Of a stretch of 56,184 nt of DNA, positions 11,653 to 25,004 are shown in pieces. Numbering within the stretch: the stretch's first letter is position 1; every line of letters starts with the position of its first letter. The stretch covers positions 59,960,764-60,016,947 of the forward strand of contig NC_068981.1 of NCBI RefSeq assembly GCF_001194135.2, in the 5' to 3' direction. Made by a program: the position numbers and the translations under genes. This DNA comes from Octopus bimaculoides (taxonomy: Eukaryota). The notes beneath the pieces are model-generated. The model saw only the letters and a list, made by a program, of their open reading frames with translations. It did no database searches and had not been told where the DNA came from.

Positions 11653-13509
11653 ACACAAGAAAATCTAGAATATAATATCTTGCCATGTCAAATCCTGTTA
11701 CAATTTATGTTTAAGTAAGATTTAGTTCAGATACACATATAATCTGCAATCAGACTGGAAACCATATAAACTCTAAGCATTGTAAAAGACGAAATTTTCT
11801 TAAAGAAAACTTTTGCTTAGAGAGTACTTGAATAATATCTTGCAGATAAATAATAATGATGAGTTTGCATAGAAAATATATGAAATCTGTAAGGATAAAA
11901 ATATCGTCTTACTACCCTGCACCATGAAAGAAATGAGATAGTATATCAAGGTAGTCACTGGCATTATAACTCATTCAGTTGACTTATTGTGTTAAATTGT
12001 CTTTAACATAAAACATCAAGCAACAAAAAGATATCAAATCTTTTTTATTGCAAGAAAAAAATGTGCATCGTCCATGAAATAAAACATCTATTCTTTGAAT
12101 TCGATGATGTGCAATTTTATATAAAATGGATTACACATACGACATATCCATTTTAATCTAATGTGTATGAGATGAATTTTATTCTATAGGAACTTGAAAA
12201 TTATGAAGTCGAGCGTTTCTAAATTTAGCATACATAGATCCCGAATGAAGAGAGGAAACACAAATTTGATGTTATACGTCACTTAAGAATTAGTTGGACC
12301 AACTAATACAAACAAGGCCAGTATTATTGATCATGAAAACAAGAAATATGCTAATAAGAAAACAATATTGTGCTTTTGATTACGTCTAAGTCTTTGTTGC
12401 CTGCCAACGCAACTTTTAAATGATTATTTACGACTAGGCAAAGGAAGTGAGATATATTGATTTCTTACTTGGACATTTGGCCACAAGTTTGGAGAAATGG
12501 TATAATAGATTATGTCGACCCTAATACTTAACAGGTTGCTGCTTTATTTTTGTGAAGGAGGACAGATAAAATTGGCGTTGAAATTTGAACTCAAAAACAG
12601 TTGGAATGCCTTATCAGTTAAATATACTCCTTACCTAGTGGTGAATGCTAGCAAAGAGTATACCTATCACATGAAACTTGTAAAAAACTTTCGTTCAACT
12701 TTACACTATCATCTTATAAGATTTTTCCCAATTAAGATTAGGATGAACTTTAGATAACTGGAAAAGTTTATATCATTCCTATATTTCTAGTAATCTTTGT
12801 GTCGTCGTCCCCTTCATCAATGTAGTCTTCACATAATTATTTGTTTTACATGACTTGGTCAGATGTGAAAGTGCATGTCACTACGCCTTTGAAATTTTCT
12901 GAGACTGGCTGTAAACAGGGGAGAATTTATTCTCAGTTCAACAATCTGGCACCAATGCTTGTAACAAAGCATATTAGGTGAAATGCACCCCCAGACTAGA
13001 AGATATATTAATTGAATGAAAGTCTATATACAGAATATCATTAGAAGAAGAGTAAGAGAGACTTAATCCGTTATCCAGTTTAACTAAAGGACTTAGGTCC
13101 TTGTCACCTTTATTGGACTTTGTAGTATACGGATGAATTACGTCGTAGTTACCAAGTGTAGTGTAGGGATATGAAGTTACTTGATGTAGAAATAGCGATT
13201 CTTGTTCCTTGTCGGGGTTGCTATGTGTAGATGGTCGAAAGTAGGATGCGCCAGCGTAATAACAACATCGAAAAGGAAAGAATAATATTGACAGATTTTA
13301 TTTGACGGCAGTGGTCAGTAACACAAACTTAGTAATCGTATGAGTGACAATGACAATAATGTGTGCTGCTCGCGCGCTCTTAATGAGTATTGGAAGCTGT
13401 GTGTGGATGTCAAGTTAACGGTCAGTGGACAGAGAGGAAGAAAGGGTAAGAAATATGTTTTCCCTTTCCATTCGGCCGATCCTCTCGGCTAGTCGGCTGG
13501 AAATCGGAG

Positions 13510-13511
<2 letters not shown>

Positions 13512-13572
<61 letters not shown>

Positions 13573-13602
13573 NNNNNNNNNNGAGAGAGAGAGAGAGAGA
13601 GA
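13512..13602. repeat. (GA)n microsatellite with a small gap (others at about 1005-1072, 4455-4503, 27199-27272, 46775-46829)
   Basis: Direct inspection. Confidence 0.95.
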
Positions 13603-13659
13603 AAGTGAAATGTTCCCAGTTAGCCGGTTGAAAACCAGAGAGAAGGAGGTGAAACCTTC

Positions 13660-13892
13660 ATTCGGTTATATAAGGTTTGACCAAAAATAGGTCAAACCTA
13701 AAACAATGCTTTGACCTTTCCACGACCTCCGAAGGTCTTGAGGTTAGGTGTTTTTCATTAGTCTCCCAGCAGAGAGATAAATCACAAAGGATCAGATATC
13801 CGTCTAACAACAAACATGTGTGTGGATTCGGTTTCAAATCTCAACTAAGCGGAGGAAAACGATCTGCTACAAGTCCAGTTGTTTTTGTAAGT
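13660..13892 (+). promoter_or_regulatory. Candidate TATA core promoter and non-coding first exon
   Basis: TATATAAG at 13667-13674, perfect inverted repeat AGGTTTGACC-N7-GGTCAAACCT at 13673-13699, and consensus donor GTAAGT at 13887. Lies in CpG-containing, non-repeat sequence next to (GA)n. Confidence 0.35.
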
Positions 13893-14111
13893 ATTAGGAC
13901 GGGTCCCTTCTCTGAAGAAAACAGAGAAGAGGTGTTTTTTTCTTTAATTTTCACTACTGATCACGGACGCTGATTACTGAAAGTCTCTCTGGGACTAAAC
14001 ATATGAGAACATATGAGACTGAAGTTACTCAATTAGAAATAGAATTAAAACTCATATTCGATTTAAAGAGAACGCAGTTTTTCGAAATATTATGAATATT
14101 TAGAACCAAAG

Positions 14112-14370
14112 GTGAGGCGCGTGGTTTAGTGGTTAGGGTGTTGGATTCATGATCGTAAGATTGTGGATTTGATTCCTCGACCGGGCGACGCGTTGCGTTC
14201 TTGAGCGAAACATCGTTTCACGTTGCTTCAGTTCGCTTAGCTGGCAAGAATGAGTATTTCTTCAACTGATCAGCGTCCTGTTTATGTGGAAAATATATAC
14301 GCTATGAAAACCGAGAAACAGGCCCTTATGATTCTACATAACTGGGAAGGAACTTTATTTTTTACTTTTA
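14112..14370 (+). mobile_element. tRNA-derived SINE (family of 463-807)
   Basis: A box gtggtttagtggtt, degenerate B box gatttgattcc, and the shared cgttgcgttcttgagcgaaaca...gcttcagttc segment. Confidence 0.7.
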
Positions 14371-15450
14371 CTTAGCACCAAATATTTGTTCTCTTATTTA
14401 GCGTGAGACTTGAATTCAGTTTTAACTTTAAAGAAATAAACACGAACTATAACTTTAATGAACATTGCTTGTTGTCAATAATTTACAGAGTCCGTTCAAA
14501 TCTTAGTTAACAATTACATCCTTATGTAGACTTAGAACAATCGTATATTGCTATGCTTCACATATTACTGAGTTTTATCTTGCATTGGATTCTGTTGCCT
14601 ATAAAATCTTTAACCAGAAGAATACTTTTTATTAAGCCAATAACTACGTGAAACATGTATTTTATTACTTCGAAATGAAGTCTGAACTTTGTAATACAAT
14701 TTAGAGATATGTGAAGTATATATTGATATTGTAAAAAGCATAAGGAGTTCGATGGTTTGTTTTGTGAAACTTCAAAGATAGTAAGGCTGAAATAAATTGT
14801 TTTCCTGATGGTAAAATTTTTATGCCCTCTACAGTAAAAATGTATCCTCTAGCATTGCATAAGAATTATAAACTAGGAAGAGAAATATTACTAAATGAAA
14901 TATAAAGCTCTTCATCAATGCTTCAAAGACGGTTATAATGTTATCAGAAAGAACAATAATATAAGAAACGGAAACAGTTATGAATGGAATCAAAGAACGC
15001 AATCAAATATATGAAATGAAAAAAACAATGACATTTAATAATGGTTTAAAAGAAACTATTTGCTGATATACATGTAATCAACGCTTGAGAAAATAATAGC
15101 TTCACATTGATTTTCCGTACGTATTACAAAATTTACTTCTAAACTGATTTTCAGAAAAGTGGATTTTCGAGAGTAATTTTCTATAATTATAGGCAGAGAA
15201 AGAGAGTAATCTGGAAGATGTAACCCGCTGGCGTTCAATGGTACTATATAATATATTTCGTTCGCTCAGAAATCCTTTTCCCCCCTGAAGGTTATAGGAA
15301 TAATTGCTTCGTGAGCAAGGTTGTCTCTGACTACAAAAGATCATCCATTTAACAGTATGGTGGCATTTGTGCAAAGGACTTAACTTTAACCCTTTAGAAT
15401 ATATATTTAACATTATCTTAATCACGAAATAATATATGATATTATAAAAA

Positions 15451-15620
15451 TTCTTTCTTTACTTTTTTACTTGTTTCAATCATCTGAATGCAGCCAAACT
15501 ACAGCACTACGTTTAGTCGAATAAATCGACCTCAGGACTTATTTTTTATAAACCTAATACTTATTCTAACGATCTCTTTTGCCGAACCACTAGTTTAAGG
15601 GGACGTAGACAGACCAACAT
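15451..15620 (-). mobile_element. SINE 3' part
   Basis: tttacttgtttcaatcat...aaatcgacctcaggactta...ttttgccgaaccactag; homologous to 17815-18005. Confidence 0.6.
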
Positions 15621-15687
15621 CAATTGTCAAGCGATGACGGGGGGATAAACACAGACACATACACAAATACATACATACATACATACA

Positions 15688-15723
<36 letters not shown>

Positions 15724-16139
15724 TATACATACATATATGCTCTNNNNNNNNNNNNNNNNNNNNNNNNNNNNNNNNNNNNNNNNNNNNNNNNNNNNNNNNN
15801 NNNNNNNNNNNNNNNNNNNNNNNNNNNNNNNNNNNNNNNNNNNNNNNNNNNNNNNNNNNNNNNNNNNNNNNNNNNNNNNNNNNNNNNNNNNNNNNNNNNN
15901 NNNNNNNNNNNNNNNNNNNNNNNNNNNNNNNNNNNNNNNNNNNNNNNNNNNNNNNNNNNNNNNNNNNNNNNNNNNNNNNNNNNNNNNNNNNNNNNNNNNN
16001 NNNNNNNNNNNNNNNNNNNNNNNNNNNNNNNNNNNNNNNNNNNNNNNNNNNNNNNNNNNNNNNNNNNNNNNNNNNNNNNNNNNNNNNNNNNNNNNNNNNN
16101 TATATACACATATATATATGTCTTTTATCTTTTATCATC

Positions 16140-16184
<45 letters not shown>

Positions 16185-16229
16185 ACAGATGACAGAAGAA
16201 ATAAATGAATGCCAGTCAATTTCAAAATG

Positions 16230-16718
16230 AAAGTAGTAACTATGCTGGGAAGCAATGTTTATCGCCACTTCAATATGGCTGTTCCGTTTGAACCGATATT
16301 ACTACCGTTTTTATTCCAGAAGGTGCTTCCTCCTGGTGCTTAGCGATGCAATCTGCACCCGAATTACATTGTTAGTAGGGGAGTGAGCCTGTACCGTCTT
16401 CTAATAGACGATGGGAACACCAGACCATATGGTTTCGAGCTATTTGTGCTCATCGTGAATGGTGGACGCCCGTCCTCTTGAGATAGCAATAATCTGCTCC
16501 AGCTCGCAAAATTTAGGCAAATAAGTGACAACCAGTTAGTGATCTTACAACAAGCCAAGGAGCTACCTAGAAAATGTCTATAGGCGATAAAAGTAGTAAC
16601 TATACTGAAAAGTAATGTTTATCGCCATCACAGTATGGCTGTTCCGTAGGAACCGACGTTACTACCGATTTTCAGCCCAAGAGGAGCCTCCTCCAGCTGG
16701 TCATCGATGCAATCTGCA
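16230..16718 (+). repeat. Two ~128-bp direct repeats (16230-16357 and 16590-16718) around a ~230-bp unique core
   Basis: Both read aaagtagtaactat.ctg..aag.aatgtttatcgcca....a.tatggctgttccgt..gaaccga..ttactaccg.ttt...cgatgcaatctgca; period 360 bp. Confidence 0.85.
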
Positions 16719-17814
16719 TATGTATATGTGTGTATATATGTGTATAGATATGTGTGTGTGTTGGTGTGTACATGTATATTTTGTATTATATACACTCACT
16801 TGTATAAACAAAAAAAATATTAACACAAAATTGATCTCAATGCGTGTCATACAGTTAACTATTTATTTTTCTTAAATGACAGCTACTTTGAAGCCTCGGC
16901 AAAATTGTTTTTTTGTATGATAGACTGAATAAGACATTTAAGAAATTCGGGATGCGGATAATTTACTAAAACATCTAACTTATGTCACATGCAGGTTTGC
17001 TGTGGCGGCAGAAAGCCTAGAACTCGTCAGTTCAGTCCATTGTCATAGGGCAACTGCCTTTTATTGTGATTATCTAAGAAAATTTATAAACGGACATAAG
17101 AGGTACATATTGATCCAAATCTTAAATGGTTTCTTACTTCTGCCAGAATAGTGTAAATATGAAAATGTTTGTTAGAATTGAAATCATACAATTTTCTAAT
17201 TCTTACGATAAAATATGCTAAATGAAAAAAATCAACATCTGTTATGATTTAGCTTCTACAACAAAACCGACTTGAACATATATGTACACACGCATATAAC
17301 ATACAAACAAACAAATATAGCTGAAAACATACAAATTCACATTGCAATGAAATGAATTTATGTAAAAACATACATATGAATATAAATGCCTACGTACATA
17401 ATTACACATCACATGCATATATAGGTGTGCAAAGAAGCAGAAATCAGTTGTTCACCTGATGTTAATTTGCAGCTAATTAAAGCTAATGAGAAACCCGTAG
17501 CTAATAAAAAGCATGTATATTATTCACACAGTTATAACTTTAGATTTAAATATTTGATTATTTGGTCACTCGGTTCTTTGACTAATCTCTTCAGCACCAA
17601 TCTGGTAACTTTGGAGCTCATAAAATAAAAACGTTTTCTTAGTAATTACAAACTTATATTTATAAGTCCTTAACAAAACTACGAAACTATAAAACATTCT
17701 AGTTTGTAGTATGTATGTATGTATGTATGTATTATGTACGTACGTACGTACGTATGTATGTATGTATGTATGTATGTGTGTATGCATGTATGTATGTATG
17801 CATGCATGCATGCA

Positions 17815-18005
17815 TGGATCTTTTATCTTTTATATTGTACTTGCTTCAGTCATTAAACTGCAGCTGTGATGAGGAACACCGACTTGAAGAATTGTAGCGG
17901 AACGAATTGACCCCAGTACCTATTGTTTTTATAAAGCCTGGTGCATATTCTTACGGTGTATTTTGCCGAACCGCTAGGTTACGGGGACGTAAACACACCA
18001 ACATC
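17815..18005 (-). mobile_element. SINE 3' part
   Basis: Same tail family as 15451 and 40560-40765; abuts (TATG)n. Confidence 0.6.
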
Positions 18006-18084
18006 ACTTTTGAAGTGACGATAGCGGACGAATACATATATACATATACAGGCCCTCCCCACATGCATGTACATATACATACAC

Positions 18085-18240
18085 GACGGGCTTCTTTCAG
18101 TTTCCGCCTATCAAGTCCATTCACAAAGGTTTGGTCGACTCGATGCCATAGAAGAAGACACTTGCCGAAGGTGCCACGCAGTGGGAATAAACCGGGAATC
18201 ATATGGTTGGGACGCAAACTTCTTATCATACAGCCATACC
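18085..18240 (-). mobile_element. tRNA-derived SINE (ccttgggcaagtgtcttct family)
   Basis: Homologous to 39264-39395 (+) and 55440-55575 (-). Confidence 0.7.
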
Positions 18241-18469
18241 CACACAAATAAAGATAAACGGAAAAGCGTTTATACACATATTTGAAAGATGCATACATGT
18301 GTGTCAGAACACTTCAAAGTGATATCATACACATATTGGGAAAGAGTTCATGTTTAATCTAAACATCAAATGAAAAACCGAAATATCTATATCACTGTCC
18401 ACAATATAACTAGAACAAGTGCGGACGAACAAGAAAATGATTATGTTATAGTGTCAGGGTACATAAAAT

Positions 18470-19300
18470 GCATGAATGATCCATCCGTTAGAAAGTTTTG
18501 TTTTTCTAAAAGTAGATCATGAATTTCTGCTGATCTATCTGAGAAACAGTCATTGGACTTATGGGATTTAAATCCCACAGACGAACTTGCAGCCTGAGAT
18601 ACTTTTGTCTTGAAATCTTCCCATACATTGTTTGGATCAAGATTGATACTTTCTATAGCATCGTGGAATCTTTGCAAGCTGCTTGATAATTTAAAGTTTG
18701 CAACATTTAACTTTTTGAGTACCTTAGGACCAGACTGTCGATTTTTAAGCATTATCGAAATATCTATTTTTCCACGCACTAGATGATGGTCCGTCCAACT
18801 CTCTGCCCCTCTCATAGCCCAAACGCTAGAAACGTCTTTCATATCACGTTTTCTGATCAGAATACAATCTATGAGATGCCAATGCTTAGATCCAGGTGGT
18901 TTTATATTTATTTTCTGCTTAAATAGAGTGTTGGTGACAAACAGATTATTCTTAGTACAAAACGTAAAAAGAGCTATTACATTTTTATTGCATTTTCCAA
19001 TCCCATGTCGACCTAAAACGGGCCGTGAAATATAGTCCTTTCCAACTCTTGCATTGAAATCTCCCAATATGACCAACTTGTCAGAAATTGGTACTTTCCA
19101 CAATAATTGTGCTAGATCATCATAAAACTGTTCTACAGTTTCATCAGAATGGAACATTGTTGGTGCATAAATACTGACAACGGCAAGAAACCTACCTTAT
19201 GTCAATTTAATACGGAATGACATGATCCGCTCAGATATACCACTTGGAAGCTCTGCAATGCAGGATACTAATGTATTCTTGATACTAATGCATTTTCGTG
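18470..19300 (-). mobile_element. RTE-clade LINE apurinic endonuclease (APE) fragment
   Basis: ORF 18441-19157: EQFYDDL...VILGDFNARVG...GRHGIG..N.N...LFVTNTLF...HWHLIDCIL...TDHHLV. Upstream frame reads SERIMSFRI...VSIYAPT. Confidence 0.9.
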
Positions 19301-19449
19301 TCTGGTCGCTCTTGAGTGCTACTGGTAACATGTAATCCAGTACAACTTGTCGCATGGTCAGGTCGTCGGCGACTAAACTGGCAACCCCACCTGACTTACT
19401 TGGTGGGGAGGGTGTTGTTGGATATCCTGTGGGATGAAAAATAAGACCC

Positions 19450-19680
19450 GTTGATATAGATATCAACGAAACAGAAAATCGAGAAACATCGGGATCTAAG
19501 CAGAAGGTTCATGACTATGTGGAACATAAGCATGAACATTGTTCGTGTGATAGCTGGTATATTTGGTATAACTCCCAGACAGATACCTAAGAGGCTGAAG
19601 AATATAGGATTTGAGGCTTGTGTTGTCGACCTGCAGAATAGTCCTGTGCTATATTTTGAAAGGAAAATAAGACAATTCCT
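19450..19680 (+). mobile_element. 3' end of an R4/Dong-like RLE LINE
   Basis: Decayed EK..RDL...MWNI...VIAGIFG...KRLKNIG...LQ pattern. Confidence 0.45.
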
Positions 19681-22599
19681 TGAGTTTTAGGAAGTTTGTT
19701 ACCTGCAAAACAGAATAACAAACCCTGGTATTCAGTTAGTATGCGATAATTTTGGAACAACAAAAACAATTACTGCAGTTACTACCATAATTCATTATAT
19801 GTTTATATAATGTGTGTGTGTGAGTGTGTATAATATACACACACATGCATATATACACATATGCAAATTTTTGCATGTATGTGTGTGATGCACGTATAGG
19901 TATATGTCTGTACGTGTATGTACATGTATATACGTAGATATATTTATGTATACATGTGTATGTATATATGCATATATACGAAAGCTTTCAACCACCTATT
20001 TGTGTATGTTGAGTATAATAGCCATTGAATTATCTGTAAGTCAATATTTTTATTAATATCCATCAATATCCCATACATTGCATCTGCTCAATAGTTCTTT
20101 TAGTTGGTATCTATTGATAAGGAGGGAATTAATACTATATCTATAGTTACATTCGATTTGCAATCCTATATTACCCAAACAGCTAACAAGATTAACAGGA
20201 TTTCGATTAAAAATGCATGATATATTTGAGAATTGAGTATGTGTGAACTCAAGCGTCCAAATGTTTCCAGCTGCCATACTACTGCCATAGTACTGTAAAT
20301 GAGATTGGAATACTCATTCAAATGACAATAAAATATACACATATTCATCCGATGAAAAACATAGCTATTCCCCCAAAAACGTTGCGTGATACTACTAGTT
20401 GTAAAAACTGAAATATTATAAGAAGGATGAAATACAAGCATTCCTCGACAAAAACAAGCCCAAGATACCGACAAAAATAATCACAAACTACTCACAAAAC
20501 ATACTTTAGAAAGAATTGAAATGCTATTATTCCAGATTATAAGGAAGAATAATAAGATTCAATAAACATCTTAATATTTATCAGAATATGTCAATAGTAC
20601 TTTTACAACAGTAAAAACTTGCAGCAACATACTTGTTCAAACAAATGGGGGAAAAAAAATGTACGAACTTGACGGAAAAACGAAAGGGCACATTTCCGTG
20701 ACTCTGTTTTAGCCCCTCAGATTAATTTCTATAGACTTAGCTGAATATGCAACTGTGCTGATATTTAATTACAAATATTTAACCTTCAGTCTATATCATA
20801 TAAATCTAAGCCCCCATCATGGCAATATTCCGCTGATTAACGTACTCTACTGCCATATTCTTTGAACTCAACCAGAGTTAATTGTTTTATTGATCATTTT
20901 AATAACATTAAGAATTTTACCACACTCTCTGATAAATGGTCTCTCATTTATCTCAATTATTTCCTTTACGTTTACAGTTTATTTGAGTTTCCGTAAATTT
21001 ATATTAATAAGAGCAAATTTCTGTCTGTCTGTCTGGGACCCCTTTATCTCGTTCTACATTTGCTCTACATAGACTTATATATTTTTGAAATCAGGATGAT
21101 CCCAGGATTGAAAATCTTCTCTTCCTTTGGTTCTTGAACCTCCAACATTGAAATCTGATTTAAAAGCATTTGGGTTGCAATTTCTAGAAGGTAAGGCTTG
21201 GCTGATTCACGCCATCTTGGTTGGCGTTTGTCAGATGACATCAGAGGTCAAGGGGGAGATAAATGACATTTGCTTCGCTAATTTTATGCCGAAGTAAGAA
21301 CTTTGGGATAAATTCGCCAATAGTTTGAATGCAACTTTGGACTGGTACAATTAATTCTCATACGTCCTTAACCTCTGCTCAAATATCACCGGAGCATATA
21401 GTCATTATAGACGTATTATACGTCATGCCATATATTTCTTTATAGTTTTGGGCCGTAGGTTCAATTGTCTCACCCCATGAGCTAGTTCAAAAGTCTGCAC
21501 GGAGTGCAGCTTTTCAGCTGGTCTTTAATAAATTAACTCCTCTACATTGATTTTAAGTTTATATAGTTATAAATTATTTCCATTATCATACATTTACTAA
21601 TATTTTTATTTCATTATTCTGATCTTTAAATACATTCGCAAAAGTATGTCCTATTTATCCCACTTTCCACAATCATTATATCTGTTGCGGAATGATGTTT
21701 GATTTGTGTTCTACGCAATCTTGTGTTGTTTTACTGGCATGTACTGAAATTTAGTCGTCTGATGTAAAGTTTATACCGAGAAATTGGAGTAAAGATATGA
21801 ACGGAACACATCCATTATATTCTACATCATGTATTGAGTACTATTTCTCCATTTCATTATAATCAACACATACATGCATACATACATACATACATGCATA
21901 CACATATACATTATATATATACGTACATATATATTATATATGTCTCTATATGTACAGGCATGTCATATTTCTATATGTATGGATTGCGTTGTGCATATAT
22001 AAGTGTATATATGTATAAACACACAGACACATACACATACACACACATGTGCCCCCCCCCCATATATGTGTGCGTGTGCGTGTGCGTGTGTGTGTATTTG
22101 AATATACACTTGCGTGCACTTATAATATGGGCTCATTATTCACTTCTACTGTTATAGAACGAACGAAATATTTTTTTTCAAACAATTTATTTCCTTTCTA
22201 CGATTTGGAAAAATAAATTTCGAAAACAAATAAAATGATTAATATCGTTTGTATTGCTAATATTTGAATGGCATACACGTTTCAAACTCATTGTTTATAA
22301 CAGTGCAATATTTGAATTTAGCGAAAACTTTTATCTGCGTAGTATGAAATTAGAAAGAGAGTTGACTTAAACGAGAAATAATTCATCAGCGATTGTGTTA
22401 ACATTCTTAATGTTATTAAAACGATTGACAAAATAATCAGTGATTATTATGGGTTAAAGGAAAGTTTATTGCTCGTGTTGTATAGAAGCTAGATAAGTTA
22501 TGAGTAACCGCTGTAAAAAGCTGCGATCAGTTGTGAAATGTTATTTGTAGTCATTTATAGGAAATCTAACATTTGTGAAGTGAATAAAATTGTTAAGGT

Positions 22600-24420
22600 T
22601 AGGTGAAATAAATAGTTGAATAAATACCAGAGATGCTTTGCTCCCGCCATAGAAACTGCAGGAGCTACTCAGAGGTTTTACAGGTCCTTCTAAATCTATT
22701 AGGATGCTGGAAACCCTTCTATATCATCAGCAGGTATCTCAGGGTCACAAGCGTTTCACCCCTTACCTGTATGCTTCACCAGAGTGGGGCAGCGAGGACT
22801 AAACTAGTCTTCACCTATGGAAGGGTTCCACTTGCGCTCTCTTAGCAACTAAAGCTATCTCCAGCTAGTTTCAACTAATGGCTTTTCTGAGTTGATTGGG
22901 TTACAGACCTATCTTCTGCAGGAAACAGTGCACTACAGCAGATGGAACGAGGCCACATACCAGCTATTGATAGGGGCCTCATCGGGCTAAGTCCTCATAT
23001 TTCGATTTCTTTACTATGTGGAAATTATCGAATCTGTCCTCTCAGATCACCGAGAGCTCAAACATGATGATTGTTTTTGTATTCCTAGGGAGCAGGAACA
23101 TGTCCGGTCGGAGTGATGCTACCACTTTCTCCTCTGGGAAGACAAATCTACCCCTCAGGTTCACTTGCCTCTCTCAGTGTGAGGCTGAATATAAAATAGA
23201 AAACGAGTCTTCTATCATTGCTTTTGCCTCAGGAGCTTTGTCGCCTTCCTTTAGAAATTTCATACCCTTTGGTGGTAGTGGCTGGTGTTTATTAGCCTTC
23301 AGGCTTCGCAGATTAGACTACTTGGCAATTTCTGCAAGAAACCTTTCATGTCTCCACTTGTATCCGCCTTCTTTGAGTGCCCGGGTGAATCCGGTCAAAA
23401 TGTGTTTCAGTGTGTACCGAGTTGCTCCATACGTCTTGTAGGATGGGTCTATTTGTTTACCCAAATTTTAAGGCTATTTGGAATTGGTAATAGAACAATG
23501 ACAGGAAGGATAATCTTTTCTGATCAGTGCTCCAGAGTTCCTTCCACAAAAATGGGCGTCGAGTGCCTGGTCCTACCGCACCCATTGATTCTGGTGGGCA
23601 AGCCCTAATAACTTCCCCTGGCGATCTTCCTCAGTTGAATCACGGCTCCTTTGCATATGAGATCCCGCTTGCTTCTAGTATTGGTCTCTTTTCACCTCTT
23701 GGCGCAGTAATTGCTAAGTCCAAGCCGTCCTGGAATTTCCATATATCTACTTTCTGCACAATTTCCTGTGGTTTCTAATTTCTGTCACGCTTATAGACTT
23801 TTTGGTGTGTCCGACTTTCTCATCCTCAGACAGAGGCAATGTGACGATTGCTCTGTGGCTTTGAATTCCACCACACTGACGGAACTTACAAGTGGAGCTT
23901 AGAGATCTTGAACAGCTTGAGTAAGCTGAAACTTGTGGGAACTCCCACTCACCTTCGTACGAACTTACTGCATAGACTTTCCATTATCTCTACTCGAGTC
24001 ATGGAAAAGTCATGAAGCAAAATGACCACTGAAGTTTGGTTATGATGCCATACTGAAAGCACCACACTTTGAAACTGCCAAGTAGCTGGCTTTTATCAAG
24101 TGGACTTAGCAATTTATTTAGTTGGGTTTCGGTATCTTCAGCATTTGGTCTCTTCAGTATGATCGTAAATTTTCCCAAAGCAGGGGACGATATTTTCTTG
24201 AATTGTAGAAAACCCAGATCTCTGAATGCTAAATGTGTCACGTAGCAGCTTTCCTTAAAGATATTCAGGGTCCGAAATTTTGGTGGGTTGAACTTAAAGC
24301 CTACCATGTGGCTATCTTTTCCGGCGATCGCTATGTTCGCTGTGTCCCTTCGACTGATGTCATAACTGTAAAGTCGCCCAGGAACGCCCAACAAACTGGG
24401 TTTCAAAAGGGCGTACATAT
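22600..24420 (-). mobile_element. HERO/R2-group (RLE) non-LTR element, 5'-truncated and decayed
   Basis: GFKFNPPKFRTL; LDKSQLLGSFKVWCFQYGIITKLQW (compare DKS.LPGKFK.W..Q.G.LP.L.W); decayed knuckle TLKHILTG...ALKEGGYKWRH; endonuclease LRPD.......TIIMFELSV...KSKYEDL. Confidence 0.75.
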
Positions 24421-24469
24421 GGAATTTATTAGCTTGACATTCACACACACACACACTCACACACACACA

Positions 24470-24542
<73 letters not shown>

Positions 24543-24930
24543 GAATTAGAAGTAGATCGAGAAATATAAACAATATCGTACACACATAAACCGGATATGT
24601 ATTTTGCTAGTTCGTGGGTAGCATGCGCTTATAGGAATTAGATAATATATTCTCATCAATACGCCCAATATACATGTATAACTTATGTTCTCCGTTTTAT
24701 TGAAAATACGCGACAATTCGTCGGTATTACAAGATACTATAATAATTTTTCTCTTAAAGCTTTAGTGTCTCTGGACTCTGTATATAAGCATTCTTATTAT
24801 GTTATCAGGTAGTGTTACATAAAATAATAGCAAGGGCCCCGAGATAAATTTTTCATTGATCATACCTCCTCATTTTCAACCAATAATGCCCCGGCAACTT
24901 CTGCCACCACCATCAACATCGCCACCTCGT

Positions 24931-24932
<2 letters not shown>

Positions 24933-25002
<70 letters not shown>
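24933..25002. repeat. Compound (CTA)n(CTG)n microsatellite
   Basis: Direct inspection. Confidence 0.95.

Positions 25003-25004
<2 letters not shown>

Noticed and set aside
16230-16718. CRISPR-like reading of the repeat-spacer pattern
   Set aside because: Only two long, diverged repeats in eukaryotic DNA, with no cas genes.
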